Shown in pieces: positions 11,801 to 20,836 of a stretch of DNA of 64,000 nucleotides. Source of the stretch: a virus (lineage: Duplodnaviria; Caudoviricetes); IMG/VR virus record IMGVR_UViG_2595698451_000001, positions 64,001 to 128,000 of that record. One strand, written 5' to 3'. The position numbers were made by a program, and so were the translations under genes. Below the pieces are notes generated by a model. That model saw only the letters and a program-made list of their open reading frames with translations. It ran no database searches and was not told the DNA's origin. How positions within the stretch are numbered: position 1 is the first letter of the stretch; every line of letters starts with the position of its first letter.

Positions 11801-12324
11801 AAGCGGACGTAGGTACCGTGTCCATTGACGATGTACCATGGCAGCCGTTAGCTAACTACATTGAGCAGATCATGAATCCTACTGTAATCGGTCTTGTCAA
11901 GCTGAGAGCTACGTTTAAGGCTAATAGATACATTTCTCCAATGCTAACTCTAGAAGATTTACTGTTCGTAAACTTCATCTCAGAGACTGCCGGAGATTAC
12001 GTGTCTGTGAATATTGACGCAACCTCAGCTCCGTTTAATACTGTTACGGTTCAGTATGATGCAGCTACACCTACAGGAACGTCTGTGACACCTTATTACT
12101 CTTTAGATGCAGGGGAGACGTGGGTCAAGTTCGACAAACCTACAGATGTTCAACGTCAATCTGCTGAGTACAGCCGCTATACGTTTACAAAAAAAGTAGC
12201 AGGTGCCGGACAGAACTTAAAAACTCAGATCAAGTTTAAGCTTGAGTTGAGAGCAGACAACCGATTCGTGAGACCACGAGTAAGACGCTTCACTGGAGTG
12301 TTTAAAGACGAGATCATCTCTTAA
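8824..12324 (+). CDS. Large DUF4815-type baseplate/adsorption-associated tail protein
   Basis: PYNDRF..VLFRPDRALQQAELNELQS, PGADRL, DPLAQSF motifs. Confidence 0.8.
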   Translation: MADINFGVSPYNDRFNPDSNRTKVLFRPDRALQQAELNELQSIAEYNVRQLGDSLFEDGAMQTGMSFSIDSEAKTITVEDGSVYLAGRVRVFKKQTIPFNSTGNEKIGVKLEQKILDYNMDPTLLDQTQGVDSYLSPGADRLEETVVLTNNDDSAPTIYEFNDGALFVQPDRPEFSLINDTLAQRTYEESGSYQVEGFKMWSEKSQQEGKVDLLVDRGTAYVLGYRINKPTATRIPVDKSTTFANVVQETHTYDTAVRKSKIGSSSVKDVTQVIARTQSPAGGVTLSKGAQDGRDALPAQYTSVDPTTTKVWTTSPEKYYTYGTDYKIVEENGIQYVDWNTGMNGTEPPTGQSYNISFEYDRVMQLNVDYKVTKTPVEGTAGWDTYVDFNGMTGIKPKDGGLIRVSYTYYLARVDLITLNSKGEFVVIQGQPGRVDAAQAPDHEDPLTLRIGTIFVYPNSDLAETTNDGIIRLRMEDLQKMKSRLENVEYNQALLALENNSIVTEDPLVLRGVFADGFVDFDRMDLNQSSVAVSFDDASITLMVNAPSDQQKAPEFAKDKSLAALWGRIITAPYTETKEISQPLATEAMNVNPYAVYNKLGTLKLTPSADNWIEEKKVTVNKETTKTVRMDRWWRHNRTTTKHKDLQYLVDNLDLDGNQQWDMGLNLAQDKLVGRTGTLTDVATTVRESAIEYIRSREISFTAENLQPMSNNLYLTFDGLRVNITPTGSTVKGSDTGTIMSDANGKASGKFTIPEGVRTGVREVVLQNDNNSAITTYVAQGTLKTTEEVVTRTRVTVNLYDPLAQSFAFPQDRVVTSFDLYFASKSSSENVIVQVRGLSEGGFPNQTVYAERILTPAQIVTSNDGSKPTKVALDDPLMCKGGQSYCVVIITDSNDYTMWVATLGQNRIDNPSTKVVSQPYVNGVLFSSSNARTWTVHQGSDLKFSVYTAQFQENAVVEFNTISDLDSDMILLMASYLTPNNTGCLWEVKVVPKADVGTVSIDDVPWQPLANYIEQIMNPTVIGLVKLRATFKANRYISPMLTLEDLLFVNFISETAGDYVSVNIDATSAPFNTVTVQYDAATPTGTSVTPYYSLDAGETWVKFDKPTDVQRQSAEYSRYTFTKKVAGAGQNLKTQIKFKLELRADNRFVRPRVRRFTGVFKDEIIS

Positions 12325-12338
12325 GGAGGAGAGGCTTT

Positions 12339-12509
12339 ATGCCGTTAGAGAAACGTGATCCAGTTTCTAAAGCACGCTTGTTTATTCCAACAAATGCAGA
12401 GAGGGCTCTGGTTAAAAGCCAGAACCTCTTGAATGAAAAATTAAAAGAGGTAGACGCCTTGATCGACAAACTCAAGGATGTAGATTCCTCCTCAAATGAC
12501 AGCAATTAG
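12339..12509 (+). CDS. 56-aa hypothetical protein (below ORF-track cutoff)
   Basis: AGGAGG RBS; MPLEKRDPVSKARLFIPT... Confidence 0.65.
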   Translation: MPLEKRDPVSKARLFIPTNAERALVKSQNLLNEKLKEVDALIDKLKDVDSSSNDSN

Positions 12510-12579
12510 GTGCTATATTAAGGGAGATAGGAGACTATTCTCCCTTTTTTTTTTATTAAATAATACAGGAGGTTTTAGC

Positions 12580-13095
12580 ATGCAAGAACGAGATAGTCTA
12601 TACCACAACTTGCCTAATGCGATAGAGGTTATTTCAATGAAAGTGCTGGAGTTGTCTAAAGCAGTGGAAAAAGAGCTAGGAGACATTGGGGATATCGGAG
12701 AAATATCAACCGAGCTGAATACACTTAAAAGTAACGTAGAATCCCTTACAAAGCAGCTATCTGACCTATCCACACTTGTAGGTACTAAAGCAGACGCCGC
12801 TAAGGTGACCACTCTAGAAGGTCAGATCACCACTATCAACAACACGCTAAAGGGTAAAGCAGATGCCTCTACGGTTACTACTCTCGATGGAAAAGTTACA
12901 AACCTAACAACTGAGGTAGGGAAGAAAGCTGACTCCTCTACAGTTACTACCTTAGACGGCAAAGTAACTTCTTTGACAACTGACGTAAGTAAAAAAGCAG
13001 ACGCTTCAACTGTGACTACTTTACAGCAGCAGGTTGAAGACTTAGCTAACAGAGTAACTGCTTTAGAAAATGGTAGTGGAGGCACTACAACATAA
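12580..13095 (+). CDS. Fibrous coiled-coil protein with ~22-aa KADASTVTTLDGKV repeats
   Basis: AGGAGG RBS before ATG 12580; four repeats; late motif at 12511. Confidence 0.7.
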   Translation: MQERDSLYHNLPNAIEVISMKVLELSKAVEKELGDIGDIGEISTELNTLKSNVESLTKQLSDLSTLVGTKADAAKVTTLEGQITTINNTLKGKADASTVTTLDGKVTNLTTEVGKKADSSTVTTLDGKVTSLTTDVSKKADASTVTTLQQQVEDLANRVTALENGSGGTTT

Positions 13096-13098
13096 ACT

Positions 13099-13125
13099 GA
13101 CACTCTAACGGGTGTCTTTTTTTTT
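13099..13125 (+). terminator. Terminator ending the structural module
   Basis: GACACTC-TAAC-GGGTGTC followed by long T run. Confidence 0.75.
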
Positions 13126-13182
13126 GCCTATTTTAGATACAGAATACTAAAGGGTTCTGATCAAATTACACCACTACTTTGT

Positions 13183-13281
13183 CATATTTTATTTTAACTT
13201 ATACTGTATTACTCTTTATATAATTATATATTAATTATTATATATAAATAATAAATACAGAGGGGATAAAATAAAAATATG
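13183..13281. other. AT-rich inverted repeat, candidate replication origin
   Basis: 43-nt pure A/T core (13215-13257) inside nested inverted arms, directly upstream of the helicase/replication cluster. Confidence 0.4.
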
Positions 13282-13415
13282 CGCTACTCGGTTTAACAAT
13301 TCAAGAAATCCCTAATGTGTCAGTAGACTAAAATAAGACAGAATGTTGATGAGACTGTATTTTTGTGGTACAATAGAGAGTGAGATACAGAACCTATAGG
13401 AGGAATGTTACACAC

Positions 13416-16295
13416 ATGAAAATCACTGTTGACACGATGTTTTCACATGTAGACTTTGGCAATGATACTCTCCTCAGAGAGAAAGTACATAAAATTGTTC
13501 ACCATGCTTTAGGTATCAAAGTAGACGGTGTTCAGTATAACTCTGCATACCGGAATGGTTACTGGGACGGTATTACCGACTTCTATGACATGAAAGAAGA
13601 TAAGTTCCATACAGGGCTACTGGATCAATTCTTAGGAGCTATGCGGAAACTAAAAGAGCTGGACCCATCCTTCACATACGAGATAGAAGACGTTAGACCT
13701 GCTCCACGAGTTCATCCAGACGCTATTGACGAACAGATTGTATTAGGGAACGGTGACCAGAACCCCATCACACTGAGAGACTACCAGTACGACTCTGTTA
13801 AATCCATATTCAAGGAGCAAGTAGGGATTGTGAACGTCGCTACTAACGGAGGGAAAACAGAAATCGCCTCGGGGTTTATGCAGCAGGTACTTCCCTATCT
13901 CCAGCGAGGAGAACGAATCGCTTTCTTTACCCACTCCAAAGAGATTTTCCACCAGTCAGCGGACCGGATCATGAAACGACTCAATCTCAAACCAAAAGAC
14001 ATCGGTAAGATTGGGGATGGTAAGTTCGATATCAAAAACAAGAAGATTGTATTCGTTATGGTACCTACTCTTGTCAGCGCATTGAAGGACCCTAAGCAGG
14101 GGATTAAGTTTACGCATAAAGAACGGGTTATCAAGATGATTGCTGAAGATATCACTCCTAAGTTTAGGAACACAAAAAACACCCGGCAGCTGCTTCGGAA
14201 CTTTATAAAAAACTGTAAGCTGACAACAAAGGTCTGGCAGGACGTAGAAGAGCATCTAACATACATAGCCTACGACAATAAATTCACAGATAAAAAAGCG
14301 CAGATGCAGCTTAATAAATACATAGTTGAGTTTGACAAGATCATGGAAAAGAAGAACAAAAATAAATACAAGAAGTACAAAGACACTACAGATTTCCTTG
14401 AGTCTGTAACTGTTATGATTGCCGATGAGTGTCTTGTAGAAGGCTCATTAGTATTACTTCCAGACGGAGGCTGGAAAGCCATTGAGAAAATTAAAGAGCA
14501 GGATGAGATTTATGGGGGGTCAGTATCTAACTTGATCAAAAGGGAAGTCCCTACAGTCGAAGTTAAATCTCGAAATACAGTTTTAGAGGGTAGCCTGACA
14601 CACCCAACTTTTGTGGTTCGAGAAGAGGATTTAGAAAAATATAAAACAAAGGTAAAAACACAGGGAGATTTTGAACAGGTACCTTTGATGAGTGTTAAGT
14701 CCGGGGATTACATTCCAGTCCTCTATAAGCTACCTCACCACACTAAATATAACTGGACTCCTGAGCAGCTCTCACTAGTGGCATTGGTTATGGCGGACGG
14801 ACATTTAGACAAGGATAGTTACGCACCTGATGGAAGAACAAAGGTCAGCAATCGAGTGAAAGTCAATGTATCAAAAGATCAGGAATGGTACTTGGAAGAG
14901 TTTACTCTAGGGGTAAAGTCGTTTAACGGAGACTACGAAGTTAAACACAGCTATGATTGCAGAGGAAACTTAACAGTTAGGAGTACAGACAAGGAGCTTA
15001 AATCTACTCTTGAAAATGTATTTCAAATACCTAGAGGGAAAAAATCACATCTTATAACGATTAATGAACAGATACAGTACGCACCTTTGGAGTCTATTAA
15101 ATCCTTTATCTATACGTACTTTAGTTGTGAAGGAGATATTTCAATCGAAAAAGGAGGTTTAAGGAGAAAGAGCCCTAGTTATCGGTTGTTCGGTAATACT
15201 TGCTCTAAGGAGTTTGCGATAGGTCTACAAAATTTACTTAGAAAATTTGGTATAGTATCTACTCTACAAATCATTAAAAGACAAAATGAAAATCATAACA
15301 CAGTATACCGTGTAGGTATTGCAGGGTCTATGTTCAACAAATACATGGATACCATTGGTATTATGCCGAGAAAAGATATTAAGGAGAGAAACAAAGGTGA
15401 GACGCCTTTAGTGCGTGTAGGGGACTACGTGTTGTCTAAGGTACATTCTGTCGAGTTTTTTGAAGATAAAAAGTATGTATACGACTTTACGACCTCATCG
15501 CATACATTTGTGGCTAATGGGGCATTGACACATAACTGTCACCACTCTAAGGCAGATACCTGGTATACGTCTTTATCAAAGTGTACGAATGCGATATATC
15601 GAGTTGGTCTTACAGGTACAGTTGACAAGAAGGACCCAATGGGCTGGCAGCGGCTCCAAGCAATATTCAGTCAAGTCGTTGTACGAGTATCTAATGATTT
15701 TCTCATCGGGAAAGGAATTTCTTCTAAACCGAAAATTCGATTATTCCCTGTACAAGAGCCTAGAAACATTGAGTTGCTGAATACATACTTAGAGGCGTAC
15801 AAGGCTGGGATTGTAGAGAATGAAGTCCGTAACAAGATGATTGTAGACATCGTGAAATGGTACAAAACGCAACGACCGGGTGGAATCCTTATCAGCGTTA
15901 AAGAGATAGACCATGGAGATAGAATCCTTGATCAACTAAAAGAGCAAGGGTATGACGCTGAGTTCATCCATGGCGGATCAGATAATGATCACCGTACAGA
16001 CAACCTAGAGAAGTTCTCCAAAGGTCAACTGGATATCCTAGTGTCCTCTACGATTATTGACGAAGGAGTGGATATGAAAAGTATAGGTTGTATGATCTTA
16101 GCAGCAGGTGGTAAATCCATGAGGCAACAGCTACAGCGTATTGGTCGGGGTTTACGTTTGAACGGTATTGACGGCAACAGTGTCATGGTCTTTGACTTCT
16201 ATGACCAGACGAATAAGTTCCTGCTCAACCATAGCAAGGAGCGGATTAAAATATTTGGAGAAGAGAAATTCGATGTACGTATTCTGGGAAAATGA
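13416..16295 (+). CDS. SF2 (DExH, UvsW-like) helicase containing an intein
   Basis: LRDYQ, ATNGGKT, IADE|CH, GLTGT, QRIGRGLR motifs. Confidence 0.9.
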   Translation: MKITVDTMFSHVDFGNDTLLREKVHKIVHHALGIKVDGVQYNSAYRNGYWDGITDFYDMKEDKFHTGLLDQFLGAMRKLKELDPSFTYEIEDVRPAPRVHPDAIDEQIVLGNGDQNPITLRDYQYDSVKSIFKEQVGIVNVATNGGKTEIASGFMQQVLPYLQRGERIAFFTHSKEIFHQSADRIMKRLNLKPKDIGKIGDGKFDIKNKKIVFVMVPTLVSALKDPKQGIKFTHKERVIKMIAEDITPKFRNTKNTRQLLRNFIKNCKLTTKVWQDVEEHLTYIAYDNKFTDKKAQMQLNKYIVEFDKIMEKKNKNKYKKYKDTTDFLESVTVMIADECLVEGSLVLLPDGGWKAIEKIKEQDEIYGGSVSNLIKREVPTVEVKSRNTVLEGSLTHPTFVVREEDLEKYKTKVKTQGDFEQVPLMSVKSGDYIPVLYKLPHHTKYNWTPEQLSLVALVMADGHLDKDSYAPDGRTKVSNRVKVNVSKDQEWYLEEFTLGVKSFNGDYEVKHSYDCRGNLTVRSTDKELKSTLENVFQIPRGKKSHLITINEQIQYAPLESIKSFIYTYFSCEGDISIEKGGLRRKSPSYRLFGNTCSKEFAIGLQNLLRKFGIVSTLQIIKRQNENHNTVYRVGIAGSMFNKYMDTIGIMPRKDIKERNKGETPLVRVGDYVLSKVHSVEFFEDKKYVYDFTTSSHTFVANGALTHNCHHSKADTWYTSLSKCTNAIYRVGLTGTVDKKDPMGWQRLQAIFSQVVVRVSNDFLIGKGISSKPKIRLFPVQEPRNIELLNTYLEAYKAGIVENEVRNKMIVDIVKWYKTQRPGGILISVKEIDHGDRILDQLKEQGYDAEFIHGGSDNDHRTDNLEKFSKGQLDILVSSTIIDEGVDMKSIGCMILAAGGKSMRQQLQRIGRGLRLNGIDGNSVMVFDFYDQTNKFLLNHSKERIKIFGEEKFDVRILGK
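14430..15536 (+). mobile_element. 369-aa intein with LAGLIDADG homing endonuclease
   Basis: Starts CLVEGSLVLL, ends VYDFTT..FVANGALTHN followed by Cys+1; blocks LVMADG and YFSCEG. Confidence 0.92.
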
Positions 16296-16393
16296 TGTAA
16301 CAGTTTTATAAGCACAAATAAATTAGGTATTGACGACTCTGTATAATGTGCTATAATCTGACTATACAATATTACGAATGGAGGAACAGCTGT

Positions 16394-18094
16394 ATGGAAT
16401 ACGGTGTGTATTTGGAATCCTCTATTGTCGATTTAAAGCCCACAGTCCTAGACTTCTTAACCAAGATTGTTGACAAGGCTAAAGAAGTTAGAGACTTTGC
16501 TATCTCTATCAAGAAAAAGGAGCTTGCGGAGATAGCGGGCAAAGACACTAGAACGGTTTCCCGCTACCTAAACGAACTAGAAGAGAGACACATCATTGAA
16601 ACAAAAGGCGTTAGAGGAAGATCAGGAGGCACGGTCATTTTATTTAACACGGAGTTAATCCGATTCGACACTTCAGATAAGGCTCTTGTCAACTCTGACA
16701 GCTCTATCTCTATTGATGATGTAGTACAGAAGAAACTCCCTAAGAAGGGGAAAGAACCTAAGAAGAAGACAAGAAATAGAAGAACCAAAAAGCAAATGAT
16801 GGAGGACCAGCTTCTCCAAAATCAGCAGCAAGCTGAGTTAGATGAGCTTAACGCAGAGGTTGCTTCTTTAGGAGGCGTGCCTAACTGGGAATGGTTCCAA
16901 AAAACAGATGATCCGGTAGGCAACTACAAGACATACCTGCTATCTAGATTATACAATCGCTATGCTGCGCTGTTTACAGACAGACATAACGCAGAAGTAG
17001 TGGTTAGCGGTGAAGGAAACCAAGTACCGAAAGTAAGCAGCGACTATGATGTCCTGCCTGAGAACTTCTTCGGTTCTTCCCGTTGGCAGCAGTTCGAGAA
17101 GTTCCGCCAATTCTGTGAGGAGAACAACATCGAGCCGGATGTATACCTGTCAGCTCAGTTCTCCAGATCAGTATTTACAGCGGCAGCCAGAAACGCTAAG
17201 AACAAGGTCCTTCCGTATGTGAATACGCTGACTACAGATACCTCATATGAGGTGTATAAACAATACTGTGACTACCAAACAAAAGGTAGCTGGACGTATG
17301 CTATGTATAAGCAAATCCCGATCCAGTTTGCAGACGATTTCATCATCCGGGCAATCACAGAAGCTTACGATACCGCAGAGTGCGGCTTAGGGTTACTATC
17401 CTACCGTCACGCTATTAATGATTTCTTGGAAGGATTCGGTGCAGATGAAAGGGAAGAGGCTCTAGTAGAGTTCTACCGTATAACAGAAAAGAACCTCCAC
17501 AACCAAAAGGTATCATTTAAAACAAGAGATACTATTAAGAAGTTCGTGTTGACTCAATCCATGATATTATCTGGAGGAATTTCTCGACTTCCGGGACACC
17601 TTATCTTAGGTGCAGAACATACTCAAGTTGTCTTAGCTTCTATCGACAAATTAGCGAAGCCTATTGAAGAAAGGAACGAGCTAAAGGCGATGGCTTTAGG
17701 TATGCTTACGCATCCACAAATTAAACCAGATAAGCAACTAGAAAAAGGCAGAATGTACCTGTATCAGTCCAATGTTCTTTACGAGACACCTCAAGTTCTC
17801 TCACTGATTATGGAGCGTAAGAACTTGAAGCTCTCTCTCGAAGATATCAACAAAGCTTTAAAAGAGTACGGTAAAGAAAAAGTCCCGGTAGATGACTACT
17901 CCGTTCTAGACGTAGATCAGATTGTTAACTTTGTTCTTCAGGAGGAATACATCGCCACACCTAAGGAGTTCCAGCATGAGGAGATTACCGATACTCAGTC
18001 AGATGAATGGGTACTAATCGAAACAAAGGCAGAGGAGGCGGACTTCCTCGAACAAGCTGCCAAGGGTATCTTAGGGTCTGATCAGTTAACCTGA
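16394..18094 (+). CDS. N-terminal wHTH protein (putative replication initiator or regulator)
   Basis: KELAEIAGKDTRTVSRYLNELEE..IETKGVRGRSGG; lies between the two helicases. Confidence 0.65.
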   Translation: MEYGVYLESSIVDLKPTVLDFLTKIVDKAKEVRDFAISIKKKELAEIAGKDTRTVSRYLNELEERHIIETKGVRGRSGGTVILFNTELIRFDTSDKALVNSDSSISIDDVVQKKLPKKGKEPKKKTRNRRTKKQMMEDQLLQNQQQAELDELNAEVASLGGVPNWEWFQKTDDPVGNYKTYLLSRLYNRYAALFTDRHNAEVVVSGEGNQVPKVSSDYDVLPENFFGSSRWQQFEKFRQFCEENNIEPDVYLSAQFSRSVFTAAARNAKNKVLPYVNTLTTDTSYEVYKQYCDYQTKGSWTYAMYKQIPIQFADDFIIRAITEAYDTAECGLGLLSYRHAINDFLEGFGADEREEALVEFYRITEKNLHNQKVSFKTRDTIKKFVLTQSMILSGGISRLPGHLILGAEHTQVVLASIDKLAKPIEERNELKAMALGMLTHPQIKPDKQLEKGRMYLYQSNVLYETPQVLSLIMERKNLKLSLEDINKALKEYGKEKVPVDDYSVLDVDQIVNFVLQEEYIATPKEFQHEEITDTQSDEWVLIETKAEEADFLEQAAKGILGSDQLT

Positions 18095-18158
18095 TACAGA
18101 CCTGTTTACAGAGTAACATACAGCAGGTATACTGTTTAACAAACAAGGAGGGAACAAC

Positions 18159-19631
18159 TTGATAGAGAGTCCGATTCAAAAACAAATAATGAAAAAAGCA
18201 ATTGAATCTCCTATCTTTGCTAAGGAGGTTCTATCACAAGCGCCTTTAGACATTTTTGAAGGTAATGAAATTTATAAAGAGCTGTCCCAGATTATTCGGC
18301 GGTACTATTCATCACACCGGGATAAGATTACTGAGGAAGCGTTGCTTACCTTAACAGAGGATAAGCTGACTAAGATGAGGAAAGACCCTGAGACACAGCA
18401 GAGTTACTTTAACGCCATCAGTGGACTGTACGAGATTAGGAACAGTCATGATGACAGCGTAACCGATGAGAACATCGAAAAGCACATTAGGAAGCATATG
18501 CTACTAGATATAGTCAAAAAGAACATTACGAACCTCGATGGCTCAGAAAAGACCGATAAGTTTATCCAAAAGATAACTGAGGTTCAAAGGATGGACATAA
18601 GTGGTAAGCAGCAGGAAATCATCAACGTCATAGATGATGTAGAATACAAACGAAGAGCGTTGAGTACCTTGAATCGAGACCTTATTCGAAGTGGGATCAA
18701 TGGGCTTGATAATATTACGGATGGCGGGTTAGCTAAAGGAGAGCTTGGTCTTATCGTAGCAGCCTCCGGTACAGGTAAAACATTATGGCTTACTAACTTA
18801 GCCACTAGCTACACTAAACAGAAAAAGAACGTGCTTTTCATTGCCCTAGAGGAACTGGAGAACAGGATGATCCTAAGATTCGAGCAGTCAATGCTTCGAG
18901 TGAACAGAAGCACTTTGTTAACAGGTAGAAAGCTCAACGAATCCAACTTTGATAAACTACAGAATGCTTATAAGAATGCCCGGGAACACCTTGGTAACTT
19001 ATTGTTTGCTCGCTATTCTCCACGTACTATCACACCAGCTAAGATCGAGCAGCTTATTTCTGATGTTACACTTCGTATGGGTATAGAGCTCGATGTTGTT
19101 ATTATTGACTATCCTGAACTTCTACGAAACCCACATGCGACAGGGAATGAAGCGGATGATGGTGGTAAACTGTTTGAGGAAATGCGCCGTATTGGTCAAG
19201 ATTACAGAGTCTTGATGTGGACAGCCGCTCAGATGAACCGATCAAACTACAATGCCGCTATCAAAACTTCCGAGCACATGGAAGGTTCTCATCGTAAAAA
19301 GAATGCGGCAGAGCTTGTAGTTACAGTTAACCAAACAGAGGAAGAGTTTAATGCAGGGTTTACTCGTCTGTACATAGATAAACTACGTAACCCTCCTGCT
19401 GGGAACTTCAATCGAATGGTAGGCTTCAAAGTTGTGGGCAGCCAGATGACCGTTAGGGACTATGAAGGTAACGAGGCAGAGGACCATAAGGCTATACTCG
19501 AAGAAGTTGACAACAAGAACGAGCAGCTGTTCAAAGGTAAGAAGCGAGACAAGAAAGAAAATGCACCACAGATCGACTACTCAGCACAAATAAACCAGTA
19601 TATCCATGCTCAACGCCAGACAGGTAGCTAA
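18159..19631 (+). CDS. dnaB: Replicative DnaB-like helicase
   Basis: AASGTGKT Walker A, IIDY, TAAQMNR, KLRN. Confidence 0.85.
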   Translation: MIESPIQKQIMKKAIESPIFAKEVLSQAPLDIFEGNEIYKELSQIIRRYYSSHRDKITEEALLTLTEDKLTKMRKDPETQQSYFNAISGLYEIRNSHDDSVTDENIEKHIRKHMLLDIVKKNITNLDGSEKTDKFIQKITEVQRMDISGKQQEIINVIDDVEYKRRALSTLNRDLIRSGINGLDNITDGGLAKGELGLIVAASGTGKTLWLTNLATSYTKQKKNVLFIALEELENRMILRFEQSMLRVNRSTLLTGRKLNESNFDKLQNAYKNAREHLGNLLFARYSPRTITPAKIEQLISDVTLRMGIELDVVIIDYPELLRNPHATGNEADDGGKLFEEMRRIGQDYRVLMWTAAQMNRSNYNAAIKTSEHMEGSHRKKNAAELVVTVNQTEEEFNAGFTRLYIDKLRNPPAGNFNRMVGFKVVGSQMTVRDYEGNEAEDHKAILEEVDNKNEQLFKGKKRDKKENAPQIDYSAQINQYIHAQRQTGS

Positions 19632-19657
19632 TCGGATAATAGGAGGAGTTCATAAGA

Positions 19658-20731
19658 ATGAGTAAGGTTGTTCACTTTACAGATTTTCATGCTCATAAAT
19701 TCGAAGACTTTGCAAAGCCAGACCCGGAGTTCGGCAATGACAGATTCCGAGCACAAATCGAAACCCTACACAAGGTGTTTGATATCGCCCGTCAAAACTC
19801 AGCCCCTCTTGTGTTTGGCGGGGACTTATTCCATAGTAGAAGCCGATTAGAGGACATTGTGTTCAACAGAGTCTATGAAGCATTCGCTCAGAACGATGAT
19901 GTCCCAACATATTTAATTAGAGGAAACCATGACTCTAAGAACAACACAACAGATACAGAACACTGGCTGCAAACATTCAAGTACCTACCTCACGTACATG
20001 TAAGTGCTATGCCTGAAATGGTCCACGTACACTCAAAACCCGGAGGGTACCAGTTCAACAACTTTATGCTGTACACTGTACCTTATTCTGATGATGTAGA
20101 GTTTCTTAAAAGACATATAGACAAGTTTGCTGAAGTAGCTAAGGACAGTAGTATTCCGACCTTATTAGCCGGACACATAGGGGTGGATGGTAGTGAGACA
20201 GGGAGATATAGTCACAGACTTGAAGGAGCCTTCAAAGTAGGAGACCTGCATCCAGACGTGTTTGATTATGTAGCTTTAGGGCACTATCATAAGAGACAGT
20301 TCTTAGCAGGTACGGATAATGTGTTTTACACCGGGAACACCATTCAGACAAGCTACTCTGATGAAGGTCAAGAGAAGGGAGTATTCTTGATTGACTTTGA
20401 GAAGGGTGGTAAGCCGGAGTTTATTCCTATCAAGAATAAGCTGTTTATCACACTCACTGATATTGATGAGAATACACAGGACCTCGTAGACAATAACTAC
20501 GTAAGGTTCGTACTGCCTAAAGAAAAAGCCCAAGAGGTGGAGATTTTTAAAGAAGAGAGCGATAATGTCCGGGTAGAAATTCAAAGAGAATATAAGACCG
20601 AGACAAGAATCAATATTGATGTAAAATCCAGTGAAGAGCAGATCGTAACAGCGTATACTGAGGAGTTTTACCCTAACAGCACTGATTTAGCCTTAGATGT
20701 CCTAAAGGAGGCTATGTCTAAGGAGCATTAG
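19658..20731 (+). CDS. sbcD: SbcD/Mre11-like nuclease
   Basis: DFH, GDLFH, GNHD, LGHYH motifs. Confidence 0.85.
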   Translation: MSKVVHFTDFHAHKFEDFAKPDPEFGNDRFRAQIETLHKVFDIARQNSAPLVFGGDLFHSRSRLEDIVFNRVYEAFAQNDDVPTYLIRGNHDSKNNTTDTEHWLQTFKYLPHVHVSAMPEMVHVHSKPGGYQFNNFMLYTVPYSDDVEFLKRHIDKFAEVAKDSSIPTLLAGHIGVDGSETGRYSHRLEGAFKVGDLHPDVFDYVALGHYHKRQFLAGTDNVFYTGNTIQTSYSDEGQEKGVFLIDFEKGGKPEFIPIKNKLFITLTDIDENTQDLVDNNYVRFVLPKEKAQEVEIFKEESDNVRVEIQREYKTETRINIDVKSSEEQIVTAYTEEFYPNSTDLALDVLKEAMSKEH

Positions 20732-20836
20732 GAGTTATCTTATGATAACTCTTTTTTGTGTTGACATAACATACAGTGTCTGTTATAATCAAGTTACAGC
20801 GTAATATACACTGATCTAAGGAGGTAAACCTAGTAT

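Noticed and set aside
7200-13050. Repeats as CRISPR array or diversity-generating retroelement
   Set aside because: They are degenerate in-frame coding repeats with no spacers. There is no cas or reverse transcriptase gene and no TR/VR pair.
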